Positions 7,252 to 15,252 of a DNA stretch of 22,722 nucleotides are shown piece after piece (the stretch's first letter is position 1; each line of letters opens with the position of its first letter). The notes under the pieces were generated by a model. The model worked only from the letters and a program-made list of their open reading frames with translations, searched no databases and was not told where the DNA came from. The translations under genes and the position numbers were made by a program. Origin of the DNA: Deltaproteobacteria bacterium (GTDB taxonomy: Bacteria; SAR324; NAC60-12); contig JAYOTF010000044.1 of NCBI GenBank assembly GCA_038150265.1, forward strand, positions 1 to 22,722, given 5' to 3'.

Positions 7252-8727
7252 ATGCACACGAATGATGCCCAAACGTCTTGGGTCCCCAACCCCCCTTCGC
7301 TTTTTCGAGAAGCCGCTTACCTGAACGGAGAGTGGCGGGCTCCCGATTCGGCAGCCACTGAGCCGGTGCTCAATCCGGGCACAGGTGCAGTGATTGGCCA
7401 GGTGCCCATCCTGACCGCTGCTGACGCGCAGGAAGCCGTCACTGCCGCAGACGCGGCCTTCCCGGAATGGTCGGCCCTGCTGCCTCAGGACCGGGCGGCG
7501 TTGCTGCGGCGCTGGTTTGAACTGATGATGACGCACCGGGAAGCACTGGCGCAGCTGATGACCGAGGAACAGGGCAAGCCGCTTTCGGAATCCCGGGGCG
7601 AAGTTGAATATGGCGCGTCCTTTGCCGAGTTCTTTGCCGAGCAGGCCCGGCGTCCGGATGTCCTCAGCATCACGTCGCACCTGCCCAACGCCGAGGTGGA
7701 GGTCTGGATGGAGCCCCTGGGCGTGGCCGCGCTGGTAACGCCGTGGAACTTCCCCAACGCCATGCTGGTCCGCAAGGCGGCAGCGGCACTTTCCGTGGGG
7801 TGCACCGTGGTCGCGCATCCGTCCATGCAGACCCCGTATTCAGCGCTCGCCGTTGCAGAGTTGGCCGAGCAAGCGGGCTTTCCCCGGGGGGTCTTCAATG
7901 TCGTCACCGGGGCTCCGGAGGTCATTGTGGGCGAGTGGATGCAGGATCCTCGGGTCCGGGCCCTTTCCTTCACGGGGTCCACGCCCATTGGTCGGCTGCT
8001 GTATCGTCAGTCGGCAGACACACTCAAGCGCCTCAGCCTGGAGCTGGGAGGCCATGCGCCGTTTCTCGTGTTTGACGATGCCGACCTCGATCGAGCCGTC
8101 ACGGAGGCCATCAAGGCCAAGTTTGCCACCTCCGGACAGGACTGCCTGGCCGCAAACCGCATCCTCGTCCACACCTCGCTCTATGAGGCGTTCTGCGAAC
8201 GCTTCTCGGCAGCCGTGCAGGCCCTTTCGGTCGGCTTGGGAAAGGACGACCCTGACATTGGCCCGCTCATCAATGAAGGCGCGGTCCGCAAGCAACAGGA
8301 GCACGTGGACGATGCCGTCACACGCGGAGCCCGGGTGCTGTGCGGCGGCAAGGTTCTGGCGCAGGGCCCGAACTTCTTTGCGCCGACGGTGCTCCGAGAC
8401 GTCCCCCGAGACGCATTGATCATGCAGGAGGAGACCTTTGGTCCGGTTGCCGCACTGGCGCCTTTCCAAACCGAGGAGGAAGCCGTCGCGTGGGCCAATG
8501 ACACCGAATACGGGCTGATGGCGTACGTCCACACCCGCAACCCCTCCCGCATCTATCGGGTCAGCCGAGCCCTGAAATTCGGCATGATTGGTGTCAACCG
8601 CACCAAGGTCACAGGCGCCCCCATTCCCTTTGGAGGCATGAAACAGTCTGGATGGGGACGAGAAGGCTCGCGCTACGGGCTGGATGTCTTTGCCGATATC
8701 AAATACGTCTGCAGAGACTGGTCCTGA
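7252..8727 (+). CDS. doeC: NAD(P)-dependent aldehyde dehydrogenase, SSADH-like; probable DoeC/Ssd of ectoine catabolism
   Basis: ALDH motifs TPWNFP, FTGST, ELGGHAP, catalytic Cys in SGQDCLA, EETFGPV and PFGGMKQSG; SD AGGAGG; directly upstream of a DoeD-like gene. The family call is firm, the doeC assignment rests on recalled similarity and context. Confidence 0.72.
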   Translation: MHTNDAQTSWVPNPPSLFREAAYLNGEWRAPDSAATEPVLNPGTGAVIGQVPILTAADAQEAVTAADAAFPEWSALLPQDRAALLRRWFELMMTHREALAQLMTEEQGKPLSESRGEVEYGASFAEFFAEQARRPDVLSITSHLPNAEVEVWMEPLGVAALVTPWNFPNAMLVRKAAAALSVGCTVVAHPSMQTPYSALAVAELAEQAGFPRGVFNVVTGAPEVIVGEWMQDPRVRALSFTGSTPIGRLLYRQSADTLKRLSLELGGHAPFLVFDDADLDRAVTEAIKAKFATSGQDCLAANRILVHTSLYEAFCERFSAAVQALSVGLGKDDPDIGPLINEGAVRKQQEHVDDAVTRGARVLCGGKVLAQGPNFFAPTVLRDVPRDALIMQEETFGPVAALAPFQTEEEAVAWANDTEYGLMAYVHTRNPSRIYRVSRALKFGMIGVNRTKVTGAPIPFGGMKQSGWGREGSRYGLDVFADIKYVCRDWS

Positions 8728-8751
8728 CTCAACCAACCCTACAAGGAACCC

Positions 8752-10125
8752 ATGCTTGATAAACAGACCCTCGAATCGTGGGATCGAGAGAATTTCTTTC
8801 ATCCCTCCACGCACCTGGCTCAGTTTGCCCGGAGCGAAGCCCCACAGCGCATTGTCACCGGAGGCGAAGGCGTCTTCATCAAGGACTCGGAGGGCAACAC
8901 GATGCTGGATGCCTTTGCGGGCCTCTACTGCGTCAACGTTGGTTATGGCCGCACCGATGTCATTGAAGCCATTGCTGCTCAGGCCCGGGAGTTGGCCTAC
9001 TACCACGCCTACGTGGGCCACGGCACCGAAGCCAGCATCACCCTGGCCAAGATGGTCCTCGACCGGGCTCCAGACCACATGGGAAAGGTCTACTTCGGCC
9101 TTTCCGGATCCGATGCCAATGAAACCAACCTCAAACTGGTCTGGTACTACAACAACATCCTCGGACGTCCCGAGAAGAAGAAGATCATTTCCCGCTGGCG
9201 TGGTTACCACGGCTCTGGCCTGATGACGGGCTCCCTCACCGGGCTCGACCTCTTCCACAAGAAGTTTGACCTCCCACTCGACCGGATTCTGCACACCGAG
9301 GCGCCCTACTACTTCCGCCGGGCTCCGGAGCTGGAACACCTGAGTGAGGTGGAATTTTCGCAGCACTGCGCCCGTGAACTGGAGCAGCTCATTGAGCAAG
9401 AAGGCGCTGACACCATTGCCGCGTTTGTTGCGGAACCCGCGCTGGGCACCGGTGGCCTGGTTCCTCCTCCGGAGGGCTACTGGGACGCCATCCAGCCCAT
9501 CCTCCAGAAGCATGACATCCTGCTCATTGCCGATGAGGTGGTCACCGGTTTCGGACGCCTGGGCTCCATGTTCGGCAGCCAGCACTACCGCCTTCAGCCC
9601 GACCTGATCACCATCGCCAAGGGCCTCACCAGCGCCTATGCTCCGCTCTCCGGATCCATCGTCTCCAACCGGATGTACGACGTCCTCATGCAGGGAACCG
9701 ATGAGTATGGCCCCATCGGCCACGGCTGGACCTACTCCGCCCACCCGATTGGAGCGGCGGCTGGTGTTGCCAACCTCAAGCTGGTCGACGAGTTGAACCT
9801 GGTCCAAAACGCCCAGGACTCCGGAGCCTACCTGAAGAGCCGCCTTCAGGACGCCGTGGGGGCTCATCCGAACGTCGGAGAAATCCGCGGAGAAGGCCTG
9901 CTCCTTGCCGTCGAGTTTGTGGAAAACCGTGACACCCGGACCTTCTTTGATGCCAGCAAGAAGGTGGGCCCCACCCTGGCCGGGAACCTCTTGAAGGAAG
10001 GCGTCATCGGACGGGCCATGCCTCAGGGCGACATCCTCGGCCTGGCCCCGCCCCTCTGCCTCCAGCGCAACGAAGCCGACCAGATTGTCGACGCGCTACG
10101 CAAGGCGATTGATCAGACCTTCTGA
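8752..10125 (+). CDS. doeD: Class-III PLP aminotransferase; probable diaminobutyrate transaminase DoeD/Atf
   Basis: N-terminus WDRENFFHPSTHL, DAFAGLYCVNVGYG, SGSDANET, GYHGS, DEVVTGFGR and PLP-Lys AKGLTSAYAPLS; resembles the atf/doeD proteins of ectoine utilisation clusters as I recall them. Confidence 0.78.
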   Translation: MLDKQTLESWDRENFFHPSTHLAQFARSEAPQRIVTGGEGVFIKDSEGNTMLDAFAGLYCVNVGYGRTDVIEAIAAQARELAYYHAYVGHGTEASITLAKMVLDRAPDHMGKVYFGLSGSDANETNLKLVWYYNNILGRPEKKKIISRWRGYHGSGLMTGSLTGLDLFHKKFDLPLDRILHTEAPYYFRRAPELEHLSEVEFSQHCARELEQLIEQEGADTIAAFVAEPALGTGGLVPPPEGYWDAIQPILQKHDILLIADEVVTGFGRLGSMFGSQHYRLQPDLITIAKGLTSAYAPLSGSIVSNRMYDVLMQGTDEYGPIGHGWTYSAHPIGAAAGVANLKLVDELNLVQNAQDSGAYLKSRLQDAVGAHPNVGEIRGEGLLLAVEFVENRDTRTFFDASKKVGPTLAGNLLKEGVIGRAMPQGDILGLAPPLCLQRNEADQIVDALRKAIDQTF

Positions 10126-10137
10126 CTTCCTTCCTCT

Positions 10138-10162
10138 GCGTTGAGGCGCCTGTCCTCAACGC
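10138..10162 (+). terminator. Hairpin after doeD (possible terminator or mRNA-stabilising stem)
   Basis: GCGTTGAGG/CCTCAACGC 9-bp perfect stem with a 7-nt loop, 12 nt after the stop; no U-tract. Confidence 0.45.
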
Positions 10163-10321
10163 TCAGCAGGCTCCAGACCTCTGGCACTCTCGCGACTTCT
10201 CCTTGAACATTGTCCCCCTTTGCGTCAAGGTGTCGCAACTTTGCTGGAGGTCCAAGCACCCCGCCCTGATGGCCCTCCTGTTTCCGCTTCCCCAGAACCC
10301 TGTCCTGACTTCCGGGAGACC

Positions 10322-11110
10322 ATGCCCCGATTTGCCGCCAACCTTTCCATGCTCTTCACCGAGGTGGCGTTTCTGGATCGTTTTGCCGCCGCTGCCCAAG
10401 CAGGATTTCAGGGGGTGGAGTACCTGTTTCCCTACGACTTCACTCCGGCGGCCCTCAATGCGCAGCTCGCTGAGAATGGGCTGGAGCAGGTTCTCTTCAA
10501 CCTGCCTCCGGGTGACTGGAACGCTGGGGAGCGCGGGATCGCCTGCCTTCCGGATCGCCAGGCCGCGTTTCGGGAGAGCGTGCACCTGGCCCGCGAGTAC
10601 GCCCAGGCCCTGGCCTGCCCGCGCCTGCATGTCATGGCAGGCATCCCGACGCCAGACGTGCCGCCCGAAGTGGCTTTGGAAACTTATATTGAAAATCTAA
10701 AGTACGCCGCCAAGACGTTGGGGACAGCCGGAATTGACGTGCTGATTGAACCGATCAACACGCGAGACATGCCGGGGTACCTGTTGAATCACTCGGCACA
10801 AGCGGTGGCCATCCTCCAGCAGGTCCAGGCGCCCAACCTGAAGGTGCAGTACGACATCTACCACATGCAGATCATGGAGGGCGACCTCGCGCCCACGCTG
10901 GAGCAGCTGCTGCCGCAGATCGGACACCTGCAACTGGCAGACACCCCCGGACGCCACGAGCCCGGCACCGGAGAGATCCACTACCCGTTTCTCTTCACGC
11001 ACCTCGACCGTCTGGGGTACTCGGGGTGGATCGGTTGCGAGTACCGCCCCCAGACCACCACCCTCGACGGACTGGACTGGGTTCGCCCGTGGCTGAAACC
11101 GCCAACCTGA
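10322..11110 (+). CDS. hyi: Hydroxypyruvate isomerase family protein (Hyi/OtnI)
   Basis: MPRFAANLSMLF, GVEYLFPY, IEPINTRDMPGY, YDIYHMQIMEG, PGRHEPGTGEI and GCEY; SD GGAG before ATG 10322. I cannot separate Hyi from OtnI by eye. Confidence 0.8.
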   Translation: MPRFAANLSMLFTEVAFLDRFAAAAQAGFQGVEYLFPYDFTPAALNAQLAENGLEQVLFNLPPGDWNAGERGIACLPDRQAAFRESVHLAREYAQALACPRLHVMAGIPTPDVPPEVALETYIENLKYAAKTLGTAGIDVLIEPINTRDMPGYLLNHSAQAVAILQQVQAPNLKVQYDIYHMQIMEGDLAPTLEQLLPQIGHLQLADTPGRHEPGTGEIHYPFLFTHLDRLGYSGWIGCEYRPQTTTLDGLDWVRPWLKPPT

Positions 11111-11152
11111 CGTCATCTTGACGCTTCCCTGAATTTTCCCTGAAGGAGAACG

Positions 11153-12622
11153 ATGCCGTTTCCCCATGCCCTGCGCCAGCAACTGGACCAGATTTGCGGC
11201 AAAGAGTGGGTCAAGGACGACCCCATTACCCTGTACACGTACCGCTGCGACGGCTTGACGCTCTACACCGCGCCGCCGCTCGGCGTCGTCTATCCGGGCT
11301 CCACGGAAGAGCTGGTGCAGGTCGTCCGCCTCTTTCATGCCGAGGGCATCTCCTTCCTGCCCCGAGGTGCGGGAACCGGACTCTCCGGAGGCGCGGTGCC
11401 GCATGAAGGAAGCGCCATCATTGAAATGGCCCGCTTCAAGGAAATCTCCGAGGTCGACTGGACCAACCGGACCATCACGCTGGGTCCCGGAGTGATCAAT
11501 CTGCGCATCACCGAACACGTCAAGCCACACGGCTTTCACTTTGTCCCGGATCCTTCCTCTCAGAAGGCCTGCACCATTGGCGGAAACGTCGCAGAAAATT
11601 CCGGAGGCCCCCACACGCTCAAGTACGGGGTCACCGTCAACCACGTCCTGGGGCTGGAGCTGGTGCTGCCTGATGGCGAGTTGGTCACCCTGGGGGGGAA
11701 GTTTCACAACATGCCGGGTCCAGACCTGCTGGGGCTGATCATCGGGTCCGAAGGGACCTTCGGCATTGTCACCAAGGTCATCTGCCGCCTCACGCCCAAT
11801 CCGGAAAAAGCCGTCACGTTGCTGGGCGTCTTCTCTTCCGTCCGGGGCGCGTGTGATGCGGTCTCGGCGATCATCCGCAACGGGACCATCCCTGCAGCCA
11901 TGGAGCTGATTGACAAGACCGTCATTCATGCCGTCGAAGCGGCGCTCAAGCCCGGATTTCCGCAAGACGCAGAAGCGGTCTTGATTGTGGAACTGGAGGA
12001 CCTTGAGGACGGGATTGAGGAAGAGGCGCGGCTCGTGGAACAGATGCTCGCTGACAACGGGGCTCAGTCCGTGGAGCGCGCCAGGGACGAAGCCGCCCGC
12101 GCCCGGATCTGGCGGGCCCGCAAGGAGAGCTTTGGGGCCATTGGCCAGCTTTCCCCCAGCTACTACGTGCAGGATGGCGTCATTCCACGCAGCAAGCTCC
12201 CGGAGGTCATTGACGCCATTGAGGCCATTGGCCGGAAGCACCAGCTCATTGTTGCCAACGTCTTTCACGCGGGAGACGGAAACCTGCACCCGCTCATCCT
12301 CTTCAACTACGAAAGCGAGGAAGAGATTGAAAGGACCCACCAGGCCGGCGAGGAGATCCTGCAGGTCTGCCTGAAGCTCGGTGGCGCCCTTTCCGGAGAG
12401 CATGGCATTGGGCTGGAGAAGCGCAAGCTCATGACCGACAACTATCAGGAAGCCGACCTGCACAACATGGCCTGGGTCCGGGAGTTCTTCAACCCTGACG
12501 GCAAGCTCAACCCGGGGAAGGTCTTGCCTCATCCCGGACGCTGCGCCGAGTCGAAGATTCCTCAACCGGCCGAGCTCAATGCGCCCAAGCTGGTGGCCCG
12601 AAAGTCGGGAATTGCCGTATGA
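11153..12622 (+). CDS. glcD: Glycolate oxidase FAD subunit GlcD-like
   Basis: PRGAGTGLSGGA, PDPSSQKACTIGGNVAENSGGPH, GSEGTFG, HAGDGNLHP and GEHGIG; SD AAGGAG. Confidence 0.88.
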   Translation: MPFPHALRQQLDQICGKEWVKDDPITLYTYRCDGLTLYTAPPLGVVYPGSTEELVQVVRLFHAEGISFLPRGAGTGLSGGAVPHEGSAIIEMARFKEISEVDWTNRTITLGPGVINLRITEHVKPHGFHFVPDPSSQKACTIGGNVAENSGGPHTLKYGVTVNHVLGLELVLPDGELVTLGGKFHNMPGPDLLGLIIGSEGTFGIVTKVICRLTPNPEKAVTLLGVFSSVRGACDAVSAIIRNGTIPAAMELIDKTVIHAVEAALKPGFPQDAEAVLIVELEDLEDGIEEEARLVEQMLADNGAQSVERARDEAARARIWRARKESFGAIGQLSPSYYVQDGVIPRSKLPEVIDAIEAIGRKHQLIVANVFHAGDGNLHPLILFNYESEEEIERTHQAGEEILQVCLKLGGALSGEHGIGLEKRKLMTDNYQEADLHNMAWVREFFNPDGKLNPGKVLPHPGRCAESKIPQPAELNAPKLVARKSGIAV

Positions 12623-13815
12623 CTCGTGTAACGCCGTCTTCCATTGACGAAGCGCAGGCGTGGGTCCGGGCGCGCCTGACCGCCCAACAGCCCTTTGCCA
12701 TCCGGGGCCACCACCGCCGCTTTCATCCGCAGGGAGCCACGCCTCCGGAAGCCGAGCTGTCGTTGAGCGCGCTCACGGCGACCAACTTCTTTGATCCGGA
12801 TGACATGGTGGTTGGCGTGGAAGCCGGCATGACGGTGCAGGCCCTGCAAACGCTGCTTGGCGAGCGGAACATGCTCCTGCCTGTCAACCCCTGGTTTCCG
12901 GATTCCAGCATCGGAGGCCTGCTCGCTTCCAACGACATTGGCCCCAACCGCATGAACATGGGGGGGCTGCGAGACTGCATCATCGGCATCGAGTACCTCA
13001 ATGGCGAAGGCGAACGCGTCCATGCCGGAGGCACCGTCGTCAAGAACGTCACCGGCTACGACCTCAACCGGATGATGATCGGCAGCCTCGGAGGCCTGGG
13101 CGTGATCACCTCTGCCAACTTCAAGGTCATGCCCCGTCCGGTTGCACCGCATGCCCTCTACGGACGCTTTTCCGACTCCAGTTGGCTTCATCACGTCGGA
13201 GACCTCCACCGAGCACGGTTGCCGCTGGACTGGGTTCAGGCCCTCTCTCCGGCCACGAGTGGCTCCTCCGAGTGGGGGCTGGGCATCGGTTTCTCCGGAA
13301 ACGCCGACCGGCGCCAGCGGTTGCAGCAGGAAATCCAGTCGCGCTTCCCGGCGCCCCTGCAGCTGCTTGCTGACGGCGAAACGGATCCGGACTTCCCGGT
13401 CCTTCCCGGCACCGACCGCCACACCGGCTGGGTCGCCTCCCTCCGGAAGCACTGGGCGCTTCCAGACGGACACCTGCATGTGATGCTCCTGCTTCCGACT
13501 GCTGAAGCCCTCAACCCCATGCACCTGACCTCGCTTCCGCAAGAAGGCCTCCACGTGGTGGCCCACCCGATTGGAGCGGACCTCCATTTCTTCCTCAAGG
13601 CCTCCGAACCGGGGGCTCAGCGGCAACTGCTCGCGGCCCTCAAGTCCGTGGCCCGTCGGGTTCAGGGACAGCTGGTCTGGGGGAGCGCCCATCCGGACCT
13701 CACTTACACCGACCTCGAGGAACGGGCGCAGGCGCCGGGTTACTCCCTCGCCAAACGCCTCAAGCAACACCTGGATCCTTCCGGGGTCTTCCATGCGCCG
13801 TTTTATGAGCTTTAA
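12619..13815 (+). CDS. glcE: Glycolate oxidase FAD-binding subunit GlcE-like
   Basis: SIGGLLA, GGTVVKNVTGYDL, GSLGGLGVI and the C-terminal LKQHLDPSGVF; ATGA overlap with glcD. Confidence 0.8.
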   Translation: MTRVTPSSIDEAQAWVRARLTAQQPFAIRGHHRRFHPQGATPPEAELSLSALTATNFFDPDDMVVGVEAGMTVQALQTLLGERNMLLPVNPWFPDSSIGGLLASNDIGPNRMNMGGLRDCIIGIEYLNGEGERVHAGGTVVKNVTGYDLNRMMIGSLGGLGVITSANFKVMPRPVAPHALYGRFSDSSWLHHVGDLHRARLPLDWVQALSPATSGSSEWGLGIGFSGNADRRQRLQQEIQSRFPAPLQLLADGETDPDFPVLPGTDRHTGWVASLRKHWALPDGHLHVMLLLPTAEALNPMHLTSLPQEGLHVVAHPIGADLHFFLKASEPGAQRQLLAALKSVARRVQGQLVWGSAHPDLTYTDLEERAQAPGYSLAKRLKQHLDPSGVFHAPFYEL

Positions 13816-13860
13816 GCAAGTCCGCTTGCTCCCGTTAACTTCCTTGTTTGAGAGAACGCG

Positions 13861-15225
13861 ATGACGTCTCCTTCCGCGGCTCCTGCCTTCAGCCCCTCTG
13901 CTCCTCTGGCCAAGCAACGCTTCCGGGAGGCTGAGTTTGACAACATCCTCATGTGCGTCCACTGTGGCCTCTGCCTCGACAGCTGCCCCACCTACCGGGA
14001 GTTGGGCGATGAGAAGGACTCCCCGCGGGGACGCCTGTACCTGATGCGGGGCGTCTGGGAAGGCGAGCTGGACCTGACTCCGGAGGTGGTGGACCCGCTG
14101 AGCCGTTGCCTGGACTGCCGTGCCTGTGAGACCGCCTGCCCCTCCGGAGTGCCCTACGGGGAGCTGCTGGAGAAGGCCCGGGGGGTGATCCATGAAACCC
14201 AGCCCCAGAGCCTGAAGGAGAAGACGCTCCGGACCCTGATCCTGAAGGGCCTGTTCCGGTCCACGTTCCTGCTGGCAACCGCCAGCAAGCTCCTGCGTCT
14301 GTATGCCTGGACCCGGCTGCCTCAGCTCATCACGCACCCGCTCTTCCGGTCGTTCTTTCCCGCGTCCTTTGTCTTTCAGCAACACCTGCTGCCCGACTGC
14401 TCAGGGCGCTCCTTCAAGCAGCAGTACGCCAACCAGCCCCTGATTCCTCCGACTGCTGAAGAGCCGCTGGGGAAGGTGGGGCTGTTCTCCGGATGCATCA
14501 TGGATGTGTCCGAGGCCGCGGTCCATGAGTCGACCCTGAAGCTGCTGCAGGCGATCGGATACACGGTGGTGGTTCCCGAGCAGCAAGGCTGCTGTGGCGC
14601 CCTGCATGTTCACAGCGGAGATCGCAAGACCGCCCGGAAGCTGGCCCTCAACAACCTCGATGCCTTTGAGGGGCACAAGCTTGATGCCCTTGTCACCAAC
14701 GCCGCCGGGTGCAGCGCGCAGCTCCGGGAGTACCACCACCTGTTTCCGAAAAGCGACCCGGCACACCTGCGGAACTGGGATGCCATTGAGGGACGCGTTG
14801 TGGACATCCTGGAGTTTCTTTCCCGGCACCCCGAACAGGTCAAGCGCCTGCGCTGGAAGACCGAAGAAGACGTGGTGCTCTATGATGCCCCCTGTCACCT
14901 GATGCACGCCCAGAAGGTAGACGCCAACCCGCGCGCCCTCATCAACAGCCTCCCCGGAGTGACGCTGGTTCCGCTGACGGAGTCCAACTGGTGCTGCGGC
15001 TCTGCCGGCATCTACAACCTCGTCCACCCCGAGCTTTCGAGCTCGATCCTGAAGCGCAAGGTGGATTCGGTCCGGGACACCCTCAAGGCTCACCCCAAGG
15101 CCCTCACCCTTGTCACCGGCAACCCCGGATGCCTCTACCAGATCCGGGCAGGCATTCGGGCCGAAGGCATTCCCCTCCGGGTCATCCACCCGGCTGTTTA
15201 TCTGGCTGAGCGCCTGCAGAACTGA
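13861..15225 (+). CDS. glcF: Glycolate oxidase Fe-S subunit GlcF-like
   Basis: Two 4Fe-4S motifs (CVHCGLCLDSCP, CLDCRACETACP), SPRGR and two CCG domains (GCCGAL, WCCGSAG, NPGC). Confidence 0.85.
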   Translation: MTSPSAAPAFSPSAPLAKQRFREAEFDNILMCVHCGLCLDSCPTYRELGDEKDSPRGRLYLMRGVWEGELDLTPEVVDPLSRCLDCRACETACPSGVPYGELLEKARGVIHETQPQSLKEKTLRTLILKGLFRSTFLLATASKLLRLYAWTRLPQLITHPLFRSFFPASFVFQQHLLPDCSGRSFKQQYANQPLIPPTAEEPLGKVGLFSGCIMDVSEAAVHESTLKLLQAIGYTVVVPEQQGCCGALHVHSGDRKTARKLALNNLDAFEGHKLDALVTNAAGCSAQLREYHHLFPKSDPAHLRNWDAIEGRVVDILEFLSRHPEQVKRLRWKTEEDVVLYDAPCHLMHAQKVDANPRALINSLPGVTLVPLTESNWCCGSAGIYNLVHPELSSSILKRKVDSVRDTLKAHPKALTLVTGNPGCLYQIRAGIRAEGIPLRVIHPAVYLAERLQN

Positions 15226-15252
15226 GGCGCCCGTTTTTTCCAAAGGAGGATC

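Noticed and set aside
10220..10321. Longer N-termini in the ORF track for hyi (10220), the 5'-nucleotidase (5526) and yejB (19220)
   Set aside because: Family-typical N-termini begin at ATG 10322, 5565 and 19145, and the first two have SD sequences.
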